NCBI GenBank assembly: GCA_030648715.1
Contig: JAUSGZ010000045.1
Span: 1-47,960, forward strand
Length of the DNA: 47,960 nucleotides
From: a bacterium
Lineage (GTDB): Bacteria; Patescibacteriota; Patescibacteriia; Buchananbacterales; GWA2-38-13
Direction of reading: 5' to 3'
Below the pieces are notes generated by a model that was not told where the DNA came from, searched no databases, and worked only from the letters and a program-made list of their open reading frames with translations. Every line of letters starts with the position of its first letter. Position 1 is the first letter of the stretch. Positions 26,780 to 35,184 of this stretch are shown one piece after another. The position numbers were made by a program, and so were the translations under genes.

Positions 26780-27826
26780 ATGTTTCGCACCCACATAGTC
26801 ACCGTCACCCTTGTCACGTTCGCGCTCATCGCCGCGCGAACGCTTCCCACGCACGGCCAGACGGTCGTCGCCTACGGTGAAAACCGGGTCGGTTCGCTGA
26901 GCTGCGGCTACGACGACCCGACCCCGATCGCAACCTACCGCTTCACCGCCAACGAGGACGACCGCTTCGTCGCCATCGTCACCGAATGTTCGGATTCCGG
27001 CGGCGTCTGCAACGCCACTGCTTGCTTCTGCTTCGATCAGTGCATCAACGTGCTCGACCCGGACGGCATGCTCGCAATGAACAACTGCAGCCCGCGCGGC
27101 GGCAACAACGCCACCCAGCGCTATCGGACGCGCGTGCAGGATATCTTGTTCAAAGCCGGCACCTACTCGATCACCATCACCGACGGCGACCGGACCGGTG
27201 AAGGGACCTACACCCTGTTCATCCAGCGCACCAACCAGCCGGGCCGGGCGGAACCGCTATTCTCCGGGGATGTGCTGGTCATCACGCAGGCGACCTGCGG
27301 CGGCGTGGACACCTACACGTTCGCCGGCCTGGAAGGCCAGATCGCGGACATAGTGATGTCCCCCAACACCGGTTCGCTCAAGCCCCGGCTGGAGCTCTAC
27401 GACCCGCTCGGCAGGTCCATCGCGCTGCCCGGCAACGGCACCGTGCATGCTCCCCTCCCCCGCGACGGCGCCTACACGGTGCTGGCCTACTCCGCCGTGG
27501 ACGAAACCGGCACCTACCGCATCAGCTTTACCCTCTCTACGGTCTTTGTCCGCGGCGACGCCAACGACGACGGCGCGCTGAACATCGGCGACCCGATCCA
27601 TATTTTCAATCTCCTGTTCCTGGAAAACCGTCCGTTCGGCTGCCGCGAAGCCGCAAACGGCAACAATGACGCCGGCGTGGACATCAGCGACGGCGTCTAC
27701 CTCCTCAGCTTCCTCTTCCTGGGCGGCCCCCCGCCTGCCACCCCCGCACCCGCGTGCGGCGCCGACCCCGACCCGATCGGTTCACCCGGCGACCTCGGCT
27801 GCGAACGGTATCAGCACTGCCCCTAG
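26780..27826 (+). CDS. Secreted protein with PPC-like beta domains and C-terminal dockerin-like domain
   Basis: GGGGAGG SD; signal peptide; FVRGDANDDGALNIGDPI...C.EAANGNNDAGVDISDGVYLLSFLFLGGPPP tandem EF-hand-like motif. Confidence 0.75.
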   Translation: MFRTHIVTVTLVTFALIAARTLPTHGQTVVAYGENRVGSLSCGYDDPTPIATYRFTANEDDRFVAIVTECSDSGGVCNATACFCFDQCINVLDPDGMLAMNNCSPRGGNNATQRYRTRVQDILFKAGTYSITITDGDRTGEGTYTLFIQRTNQPGRAEPLFSGDVLVITQATCGGVDTYTFAGLEGQIADIVMSPNTGSLKPRLELYDPLGRSIALPGNGTVHAPLPRDGAYTVLAYSAVDETGTYRISFTLSTVFVRGDANDDGALNIGDPIHIFNLLFLENRPFGCREAANGNNDAGVDISDGVYLLSFLFLGGPPPATPAPACGADPDPIGSPGDLGCERYQHCP

Positions 27827-27906
27827 GCAGCCGCTCCCCACATCCGCTCCTTGCATTCCTCAACCCTCCACCCCACCCGGTGGAGGCTTCTTTTTTTGCC
27901 CATACT

Positions 27907-28046
27907 TGACCCCGTCAGAAATTCGGAGGTACTATACAAGCGCTCTTTGTACACCGTCATTATTCCTCCACTTTCCACGGATCATTTTTTTCTCCTCGTT
28001 TGCGCCCCGCCACGTTACCTCACTAACGTGACGGGGTCTTTTTTTG
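27907..28046 (+). ncRNA. Putative small RNA (promoter-to-terminator unit without ATG)
   Basis: TTGACC-18-TACTAT, pyrimidine-rich body, terminator ccccgccacgtta/taacgtgacgggg-U-run. Confidence 0.4.
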
Positions 28047-28101
28047 ACTTCTGTTGACACCGGCCGCGGCGGTCCGTATACTGCAAACAACAATCGAATA
28101 C

Positions 28102-28264
28102 GTATCAAGAGCGGCAGGAATGCCCCGCCCACGGCGGGACCGGCGAACGAGCGCCGTTGACCTGCCCGACAACCTCCTCCCGCAACATGGGAAAAAGGTG
28201 CCGACTCTCGCCCTCACGGGGAAAGATACCTCAACATTCCTTTCCGCGCGGAAAGGATTTTTTT
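28102..28264 (+). promoter_or_regulatory. SAM-I (S-box) riboswitch with intrinsic terminator upstream of metK
   Basis: P1 GTATC/GATAC, ATCAAGAG, GGGACCGGC, GACAACC, AAGGTGCCGACTC, GAAAGAT; terminator tcctttcc-gcgc-ggaaagga-U7; TTGACA-17-TATACT promoter upstream. Confidence 0.9.
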
Positions 28265-28272
28265 AACCTCTT

Positions 28273-29355
28273 ATGACCGACCGACCCGTACTGGCGAACC
28301 ACCATTCCGTCGTCACCGCCGAAAGCGTCACCTCCGGCCATCCCGACAAGGTCTGCGACCAGATCTCCGACGCGGTCCTGGACGCATTCTTGGCCGGCGA
28401 CCCGACCAGCCGCGTGGCGGTGGAATGTATGGGATCGCACGGGTTACTGGTGATCGGCGGCGAGGTCACCTCCAGCCACGAAGTGGCGGTCGGCGAACTG
28501 GCGCTCAAGGTCTACCGCGACATCGGCTACCATGAGCAGCCCGAGGTCATCGTGCGCATGGCGCAGCAGTCTCCGGATATCGCGGCCGGTGTGGACCCGG
28601 GCGGCGCGGGCGACCAGGGCATCATGTACGGCTACGCCACCGACGAAACGCCCGAGCTTTTGCCGCGGCCGATCGTTTTGGCCCACAAACTGACCGCCGG
28701 CCTGGAACGGCTGCGCCGCAACGATTCGCGGTTCGCCTGGCTGCGGCCGGACGGCAAAGCCCAGGTCACCATTCAGAACGGCGACGTGAGAACTGCGCTG
28801 GTCTCCTGCCAGCACGACCCGGAAATCGCGCTGACGGACATCCAACGGCTCATCTCCGACCACCTCATCAAACCCCAGATCGGCGACGGCAACTACCAGA
28901 TCCTGGTCAATCCGACCGGCCGATTCACCCTTGGCGGATTCACCGCCGACGCCGGCCTGACCGGCCGGAAGATCATGGTGGACACCTACGGCGGACTCAT
29001 CCCGCACGGCGGAGGAGCTTTTTCCGGCAAGGACCCGACCAAAGTAGACCGCTCGGCAGCCTACCAGGCGCGCCGGGCAGCCATCAGCGTGGTGCGTTCC
29101 GGCCTGGCTAAACGCTGCTTGGTGTCGGTGGCCTACGCCATCGGCCGCGCGGAACCGCTGATGTTGTCGGTCATGACGTTTGACACCGGCGATGACGGGA
29201 ACGTCCTGGAAAAGATCCGCCGGGCGGTGGATTTCACCCCGAAAGGCATCATCCAGCAGCTCAACCTGCGTCGTCCCATCTTCCAGAAAACCGCCTGCTA
29301 CGGGCACTTCGGACGCCCGGAATTCCCCTGGGAGCAGCCGCTGGACTTGCGCTAG
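28273..29355 (+). CDS. metK: S-adenosylmethionine synthetase
   Basis: ESVTSGHPDK, GAGDQG, GLTGRKI, GGGAFSGKDPTKVDRS, YGHFGR. Confidence 0.98.
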   Translation: MTDRPVLANHHSVVTAESVTSGHPDKVCDQISDAVLDAFLAGDPTSRVAVECMGSHGLLVIGGEVTSSHEVAVGELALKVYRDIGYHEQPEVIVRMAQQSPDIAAGVDPGGAGDQGIMYGYATDETPELLPRPIVLAHKLTAGLERLRRNDSRFAWLRPDGKAQVTIQNGDVRTALVSCQHDPEIALTDIQRLISDHLIKPQIGDGNYQILVNPTGRFTLGGFTADAGLTGRKIMVDTYGGLIPHGGGAFSGKDPTKVDRSAAYQARRAAISVVRSGLAKRCLVSVAYAIGRAEPLMLSVMTFDTGDDGNVLEKIRRAVDFTPKGIIQQLNLRRPIFQKTACYGHFGRPEFPWEQPLDLR

Positions 29356-29458
29356 AAGGCAAACGACGAGGTACAAACTGCCTGAACATTCTTCCGGCAG
29401 TTTTTTACGTGCGTACGTAGGCGATATAAAAAATCCCGCTCGTACGTCTGTATATCTG

Positions 29459-29845
29459 ATGAGTCAGACCGCCGTAAAAACGACCGCCGTGCTGACCGCG
29501 GCGGGGAGCGCCGGGGGCATGCTGCACGCCCGGCCGGTGTTCGCGCAACTGGCTCTGACGGTGAACGAAGGATTGTCGTACGGCACGATCGTCGGCTGGG
29601 GCACGCAAGACCTACGGACCACCATCATAATGATCATCAACGCGCTGCTGGGATTCCTTGGCGTCATCGCCGTCCTCATCATCCTCGGCGGCGGTTTTAA
29701 ATGGATGGTTTCGGGCGGGAACGAAGAAAAGGTCGCTGAAGCGCGACGGACGGTCACGGCCGGCATTCTTGGGCTGGCCATTATGTTCATGGCGTACGCG
29801 ATCGCCTCATTCGTGGTGCAATCACTGGCCAACGCGACCGGCTAA
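29459..29845 (+). CDS. VirB2/TrbC-like pilin (CPR-type)
   Basis: PVFAQ processing site, IINALLGFLGVIAVLIILGGGFKWMVSGGNEEKVAEARRTVTAGILGLAI. Confidence 0.88.
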   Translation: MSQTAVKTTAVLTAAGSAGGMLHARPVFAQLALTVNEGLSYGTIVGWGTQDLRTTIIMIINALLGFLGVIAVLIILGGGFKWMVSGGNEEKVAEARRTVTAGILGLAIMFMAYAIASFVVQSLANATG

Positions 29846-29899
29846 GAACGGCTGCTTAAATGAATACCGCCCTGCGAGCGGGTGGTATTCTCCTTTCTG

Positions 29900-30048
29900 C
29901 CCCAGTACCAATGGCGCAGCTGGTGCTATGGTGAACCGCTGCGCCCAAAACGGTGAGGGGCTATTCGCCCCGCGCGGTTCGTGAACGCCGGGAACGGTAG
30001 CGGAGGAACAGCGGCAGATGTGGTAGGGACGGCGCCATTGGTACGGGG
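29900..30048. ncRNA. Putative structured RNA closed by a perfect 13-bp stem
   Basis: gtaccaatggcgc (29905-29917) pairs with gcgccattggtac (30032-30044); inner gaaccgc/gcggttc stem; no credible ORF. Confidence 0.4.
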
Positions 30049-30328
30049 TCATTTCCGTACCCTCTTCTATTCCTCCCGCTCCGATGGCCATCGGAGCGGC
30101 TATCCTGGAGGTCAGAAATGAAAAATCCCCCGCGTTCCCTACGCAGCGGGGGGTATTGTTTGGGTCTGAGCTCGAAAAGGAGCATCCATCATTACCGAAC
30201 AGGTATTGGTGGGACCGGCCCGGCGGTAGGGAGCGCCAAGGCCGATATGGCAGGCACGGCAATTACCGCCTACCGTAGCACGCGGCCGATAACAGTCAAG
30301 GTCGCTGGAGGGTCGCCGGTGTGCTAGG

Positions 30329-30544
30329 ATGGGAAAGCAGCATATGCGGACCGCTGGCATCATCATTCAGGCCCTGGGCGACGTGATCGTGGCATTCACG
30401 GTGCTCCGGGTGCACCATCGCATGATGATGGAGCACAAGATCGACACCCGCGTCGTGCGCGTCATGCGCCGCGAACAGCAGGTCGGCCTCTTTGGCATCG
30501 CCCTCATCATCATCGGCACGTACCTGCAGGTCGCCGCACCCTAA
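30329..30544 (+). CDS. Small two-TM membrane protein
   Basis: 71 aa; VLRVHHRMMMEHKIDTRV between two hydrophobic helices; terminator follows. Confidence 0.7.
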   Translation: MGKQHMRTAGIIIQALGDVIVAFTVLRVHHRMMMEHKIDTRVVRVMRREQQVGLFGIALIIIGTYLQVAAP

Positions 30545-30737
30545 CGCGCCAGTACGGCTTCCCTGCCTGCAACAGCCCGGCAACCGCCGGTTTTTTTGCG
30601 CAGTAAAGCAAAAAAATTTCCTCCCAGGGTTGCAAACATGCCACCCTTGACAGGCTGGTAAATTGCCGCCACAATTCCATATTGGCTGTTCTTGTATCAA
30701 CGTCCGTCTCTATGTTCCTTTTACCGGGAGGCTGCCC

Positions 30738-30980
30738 GTGCACAACGGCATCTTCGACGTCCTGCTCAAGGACACCTGCGATGGCCTGTACGCCACATCC
30801 CTTCGTCTCCTGCGCCACGCGCGCTACATCGTCCTCGGCCTCGCACTGGGGCTGATCATCAGCGGGGTGTTCGCCCTGCGGACCGCCCCCGTCGGGTGGA
30901 CCCTCATCTTCGGGGGTCTGGTGATCCTCTTCCTCAACCTCTACACGTGGCGCCTTGTCCACGAAGCGACCAGGGAATAA
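30738..30980 (+). CDS. Small membrane protein
   Basis: TTGACA-17-CACAAT promoter, GGGAGG SD, GTG start, two TM, terminator after. Confidence 0.65.
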   Translation: MHNGIFDVLLKDTCDGLYATSLRLLRHARYIVLGLALGLIISGVFALRTAPVGWTLIFGGLVILFLNLYTWRLVHEATRE

Positions 30981-31078
30981 CCTGGCAACCCACGCCTGCC
31001 CTTTTTATGCGAACCCCTGCTCACCATGAGCGGGGCTTCTTTTTTTGCGGGACCGCGGGCGCATGCTACCATGCCAGT

Positions 31079-31711
31079 ATGCGCAAGTTTCCGCTCATCC
31101 TCTTTGGCGCCACATTGATCGGCGGCTGCCTGCTGGTGGCGTGGGCATGGCGCCTGGCCCGCTACCCCGTTCGCAACGCCCCGTCCGCCGGACGCGTTAT
31201 CGTTGCCTTCGGCGACAGCCTGGTCTCCGGCGCGGGCGTCAATCCCGGCGAAGAATGGCCCGCCCTGCTGTCCACCAGACTCGCGCGCCCCATCATGAAC
31301 GCTGGCGTGGCGGGCGACACCACCGCCCTGGCACTCGCGCGCTTGAACAAGGTGCAGGAACTCCATCCGGACCTGGTCATCGTGCTGCTCGGCGGAAATG
31401 ACGCGCTCCAACGCGTCCCGCCGGACCAGACCGTCGCCAACCTGCGCCAGATCATCGCTCGCCTGCAGGATGACGGCGCGGTGGTATTGCTCGTGGGCGT
31501 GCGCGGCGGCATCATCGGCGACCCGTACCACCGGAAATTCGCCAAGCTCGCGCGCGAAACCGACGCCGCGTACGTACCCAACATTCTGGACAGCGTGCTG
31601 GGCAACGACTACCTGATGGCCGACGAATTGCACCCGAACTTCCGCGGGCAGCGGGTGATGGCCGAACGGCTATTGCCCACCATCCAGTGGCTGCTGGGCC
31701 AGGACCGCTGA
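31079..31711 (+). CDS. SGNH/GDSL hydrolase (arylesterase/TesA-like)
   Basis: AFGDSL, NAGVAGDTT, LGGND, DELHPN blocks. Confidence 0.93.
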   Translation: MRKFPLILFGATLIGGCLLVAWAWRLARYPVRNAPSAGRVIVAFGDSLVSGAGVNPGEEWPALLSTRLARPIMNAGVAGDTTALALARLNKVQELHPDLVIVLLGGNDALQRVPPDQTVANLRQIIARLQDDGAVVLLVGVRGGIIGDPYHRKFAKLARETDAAYVPNILDSVLGNDYLMADELHPNFRGQRVMAERLLPTIQWLLGQDR

Positions 31712-31798
31712 GGTTCGGAACGGCTTGACGGCGGCGCAGGCGAACGGTACCGTAAATGCGGTACTTTTTTTGCCGTACCACGGCGGAAAGGAGCCGCA

Positions 31799-32008
31799 AT
31801 GGACTCCGTGGTCAGCTGGTTCGCGTTCGCCGCGTTCGTGGCCTACGCCTTTTCCCGTTTCACCCTCCCCTTGGCGGGTGTCTGCGGTCTGCTGGGCCTG
31901 GGCCTGCTGTTTGCCCTCCCGACATCGGGCTGCGTGCTCATCTGCGCCGGCGTGCTCCTTGGCGGCCTTTGCCAGATCGGCAGAGTCATATTCAAGGACC
32001 TCGAGTAA
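31799..32008 (+). CDS. Small hydrophobic membrane protein
   Basis: TTGACG-17-TACCGT promoter, AAGGAG SD, 69 aa almost entirely hydrophobic. Confidence 0.6.
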   Translation: MDSVVSWFAFAAFVAYAFSRFTLPLAGVCGLLGLGLLFALPTSGCVLICAGVLLGGLCQIGRVIFKDLE

Positions 32009-32081
32009 GTATGCCGTCCTCCTCCCTGGGCGGCCTTTTTTTAGGCTGACACGACCGCGGCCATCTGGTACGCTGAAGAAC

Positions 32082-32468
32082 ATGCCCCCAGCAACTCCGC
32101 GGCACATATTCGAGCAATGGATATCCCAGGCCGTCGCCGCCCTCCCTGACGAGCTGCGCGCGCGCCTGGAGAACGTCGCGTTCGTCCTGGAGGACGACGA
32201 CCGGTCCGGCCGGTACCTGGGGCTGTACCACGGCGTGCCCAAGCCACAGCGTACCCTCAACGACAGCGGCGTGCTGCCCGACAAGATCACCATTTTCCAA
32301 ACACCGATCGAACGGGAGGCCGACGCCCCCGAAGCCCTGCCCGACCTGGTGCGGCTCGTCGTCTGGCACGAGATCGGCCACTACTTCGGTTTTTCCGAAC
32401 GGCGCGTCCGCCAGATGGAGCAACACTGGGCCAAACGGCTGAAAACCCGCGACCATGAGCATCATTGA
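32082..32468 (+). CDS. Zincin-like metallopeptidase (Zincin_1/DUF1025)
   Basis: LGLYHGVP, LPDKITIFQ.PI, VVWHEIGHYFGF. Confidence 0.9.
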   Translation: MPPATPRHIFEQWISQAVAALPDELRARLENVAFVLEDDDRSGRYLGLYHGVPKPQRTLNDSGVLPDKITIFQTPIEREADAPEALPDLVRLVVWHEIGHYFGFSERRVRQMEQHWAKRLKTRDHEHH

Positions 32469-33990
32469 CGACCTGCGCGATTGGCGCAACCGAACGGCCC
32501 GCCAGGAAGGTGTGGAGCCGTACTTCGTGCTGCACAATAAGACCATTGAGGAAATCGCTCGCGCCAAGCCGAAAACCGTCGACGCCCTGTCGGGCATCAA
32601 AGGCCTGGGCGAAAAAAAGATCGCCAAGTACGGCGTGGCCATCCTGGCGGTCATGCTCGGCGCCCCGGAGGCCGCCCCGCCTTCGGACGATGCCGTGCTC
32701 ACCGTCGGACAGTACATTGCCCGGCTCAATGACGCGCTCATCAGCCTGCCCGCTCGCCTGCGGGGCGAGGTTGGCCGCATCAATGAACGCGAAAACGTCA
32801 TCTATTTCGATTTCCGCGACGAGAGCGGCGACGCGGTGCTGTCCTGCCTCATCTTTGCCAGTCGCTACCGCCTGATGGGCGTGGAGTTGCGCGAGGGCAT
32901 GGAGATCGTCATTTCGGGCGTACCGTCGGTCTGGCCGCGCACCGGGCGATTGAGTTTCCGCGCCGAAACCCTGGAACTGGTGGGTGAAGGAAAACTGCAA
33001 CAAGCGTACCTGGCGCTGCAGCGAAAATTGCAGGCCCAGGGTTTATTTGCCCCGGAACGGAAGCGCCCGCTGCCCGAGTACGCGCAACGGGTCGGACTCA
33101 TCACGTCGGCGCACGGCGACGCCCTGTTCGATTTCACCAGCAACCTCACGCGAGCGGGGCTGCGCATTGATTTTCTTGATTGCCGGGTGGAGGGGGCGCG
33201 CGCCGTTCCGGAACTGGTCGCCGCACTCGAACATTTCAATTCACGACCGCTGGATGCGGTGGTGGTCATCCGCGGCGGCGGCAGCTGGGAGTCGCTGCAG
33301 GCTTTTAATAACGAAGCCGTCTGTCGCGCGATCAGCCAAAGCCGCGCTCCGGTGATTTGCGGCATCGGGCATGAACGCGACGTCCCGTTGGCGGCGCTGG
33401 TCGCGGATCGCTTTGTGTCCACACCCACGGCGACCGCCGTTCTCTTATCACAACCCTGGCGGGACGCGCGGCATACGGTAGGCATGGCCGCGCAGACGAT
33501 CCAACAGCGCCTGCACGAACAACTTGCGCGGCAGCGCCAAGACGTAACGGACCGCGCCGCCGTGGTGGCCCGCGCCGCGCAGCAACCCCTGCTGGACCAT
33601 CGCCAGCGCCTTCGCCTGAACGCCGTTCGCATCCAGAGCGGCTTTGCGGCCGCGCTACGGCGCTGGCCGACGCTGGTTTTACGCCTCTCGTCGGGGCTGA
33701 CGACGCTGCGGCAGCGCTTTGGAATCTACCGGCAGCAGCTCCAAGCTTGCGCGCAGACGGTCTCACGCCGCCAGCCGGCTGAACACAGTCGCGCCCGCGC
33801 CGCGTTGAACCGCCTGCAGCAACTCGCCGCCGCCCGCCATCCCCAACGATTGCTCGAACTGGGGTACAGCCTTGTCCGACATGATGGAAAACTGGTACGC
33901 TCCCGTCAGCAGCTTTCCAAGGGCGCGGACGTAGCGCTGCAGTTCCACGACGGTAGCGCGTTGGGCACGATCACGAAATTAACCCCATAA
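32455..33990 (+). CDS. xseA: Exodeoxyribonuclease VII large subunit with N-terminal HRDC domain
   Basis: N-term LRDWRNRTARQEGVEPYFVLHNKTIEEIARAKP...IKGLGEKKIAKYG (HRDC); OB fold; GLF..ERKRPLP, VGLITS, RGGGSWESL..FN.E, GIGHERD, TPTA. Confidence 0.93.
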   Translation: MSIIDDLRDWRNRTARQEGVEPYFVLHNKTIEEIARAKPKTVDALSGIKGLGEKKIAKYGVAILAVMLGAPEAAPPSDDAVLTVGQYIARLNDALISLPARLRGEVGRINERENVIYFDFRDESGDAVLSCLIFASRYRLMGVELREGMEIVISGVPSVWPRTGRLSFRAETLELVGEGKLQQAYLALQRKLQAQGLFAPERKRPLPEYAQRVGLITSAHGDALFDFTSNLTRAGLRIDFLDCRVEGARAVPELVAALEHFNSRPLDAVVVIRGGGSWESLQAFNNEAVCRAISQSRAPVICGIGHERDVPLAALVADRFVSTPTATAVLLSQPWRDARHTVGMAAQTIQQRLHEQLARQRQDVTDRAAVVARAAQQPLLDHRQRLRLNAVRIQSGFAAALRRWPTLVLRLSSGLTTLRQRFGIYRQQLQACAQTVSRRQPAEHSRARAALNRLQQLAAARHPQRLLELGYSLVRHDGKLVRSRQQLSKGADVALQFHDGSALGTITKLTP

Positions 33991-33994
33991 CCCT

Positions 33995-34237
33995 ATGGCC
34001 CCACCGGAACAGAACTTCGGGAAACTGATGCAACAGCTGCAGGAAATCGTTGATTGGTATGAGCGACAAGAAGAGCTGGACCTGGAAGAGGGCCTGACAA
34101 AGGCCAAGCAGGCGGCTGAACTCATCCGCCTGTGCTCGCAGCGACTAGGACAGCTGGAGAATGAATTCGTCAAGATAAAAGCCGACCTGGAGACTGCCTC
34201 TGGGCCCGCGCACAACGACGCCGATACTGCGGTGTGA
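33995..34237 (+). CDS. xseB: Exodeoxyribonuclease VII small subunit
   Basis: F...LQEIV.W.E..EELDLEEGL.......LIR.C..RL...E; directly after xseA. Confidence 0.88.
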   Translation: MAPPEQNFGKLMQQLQEIVDWYERQEELDLEEGLTKAKQAAELIRLCSQRLGQLENEFVKIKADLETASGPAHNDADTAV

Positions 34238-34698
34238 TGCGCCAACCTCGGGACGACAACTACGAGCGCAGCAACGCCGTCACCACGGTGCGGATTGGTA
34301 TCACCACCGCCGCCCGTGACCTGGCAGCTCGCCTCCTGCGCTCCGACGGCATCGAAGAACGCCAGGGGTTGGGCGAAGCGCTTCTGGATGAGCTCGCGGA
34401 TGGCGCGCAGGTGGATATCTGCACGCTCAAAGTATCCGACACCCGGCAATACCACCGACGGGTCGGCGGACGGACGGTTTTCAAACAGTACGGCTACTAC
34501 CGGCCGCAGTCGCGTTATATTTACATCCAAAACCGTACGGCCGTCCGCGGCCAGGTCCTGGCTCCCAAGTCGTTTTTGGAAACCATGCTCCACGAGTGGA
34601 CCCACCACTACGATTTCCAGGTGCTCAAGTTGCGCTCCATCCACACCGCCGGTTTTTACCGCCGCCTGCGTGACCTAAAAGAAAAACTTGGCATTTGA
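34237..34698 (+). CDS. SprT-like HExxH metalloprotease
   Basis: YGYY, IYIQNRT, FLETMLHEWTHH, SIHTAGFYRR; start overlaps xseB stop (TGATG). Confidence 0.78.
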   Translation: MRQPRDDNYERSNAVTTVRIGITTAARDLAARLLRSDGIEERQGLGEALLDELADGAQVDICTLKVSDTRQYHRRVGGRTVFKQYGYYRPQSRYIYIQNRTAVRGQVLAPKSFLETMLHEWTHHYDFQVLKLRSIHTAGFYRRLRDLKEKLGI

Positions 34699-34879
34699 TA
34701 CCGAAGGCATGGCCACGGGTACAGGAGGCATCGAGACAGCGGTTTTCTCGTCAACAACGAGTTGTAAAAGAAGATATTTTTTACAAAACAGCGTCGCAAA
34801 ATGATATTTTGCTACCCTGCGCTTCCGCGCCGCACCGCCCGGTGCTACAATATCCGCATTAATGCTAACCGGCATGACT

Positions 34880-35137
34880 ATGGCAACCGCAAAAAAACGA
34901 GCCGTAAAACCGGGCATCCGCCGCCAGCAGCCGCTGCCCGAGCAACTGCGAACAGCGTTGCACCAGGTGACGCAGGAGGTGGTAACCCTGGCCAAAGAAG
35001 CAAAGCGTAAATTCGACGGCATGGATGAAGCGACCAAGCGCAAAGTGCTCACCGGATTGAGCGGCGCGGCGGCGCTGTTAGCCCTACGAGCTCACCACCG
35101 ACACAAGAAACGCTCAAAAGCCCGACACCAGAAGTAA
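34880..35137 (+). CDS. Small basic hypothetical protein
   Basis: MATAKKRAVK..., helical with short hydrophobic stretch and basic tail; terminator at 35142-35170. Confidence 0.55.
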   Translation: MATAKKRAVKPGIRRQQPLPEQLRTALHQVTQEVVTLAKEAKRKFDGMDEATKRKVLTGLSGAAALLALRAHHRHKKRSKARHQK

Positions 35138-35184
35138 TACGAAAAACTGCCCCCGCGGGCAGTTTTTTTTACAACCCCCGCTGC

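Noticed and set aside
29822-30262. 146-aa minus-strand ORF in the structured intergenic region
   Set aside because: No recognisable motifs, crosses a terminator and overlaps the pilin end; RNA structure explains the region better.
13743-34801. 13-mer cagcgtcgcaaaa in two AT-rich intergenic regions (13743, 34789)
   Set aside because: Only two copies with no shared flanks; cannot be separated from chance.
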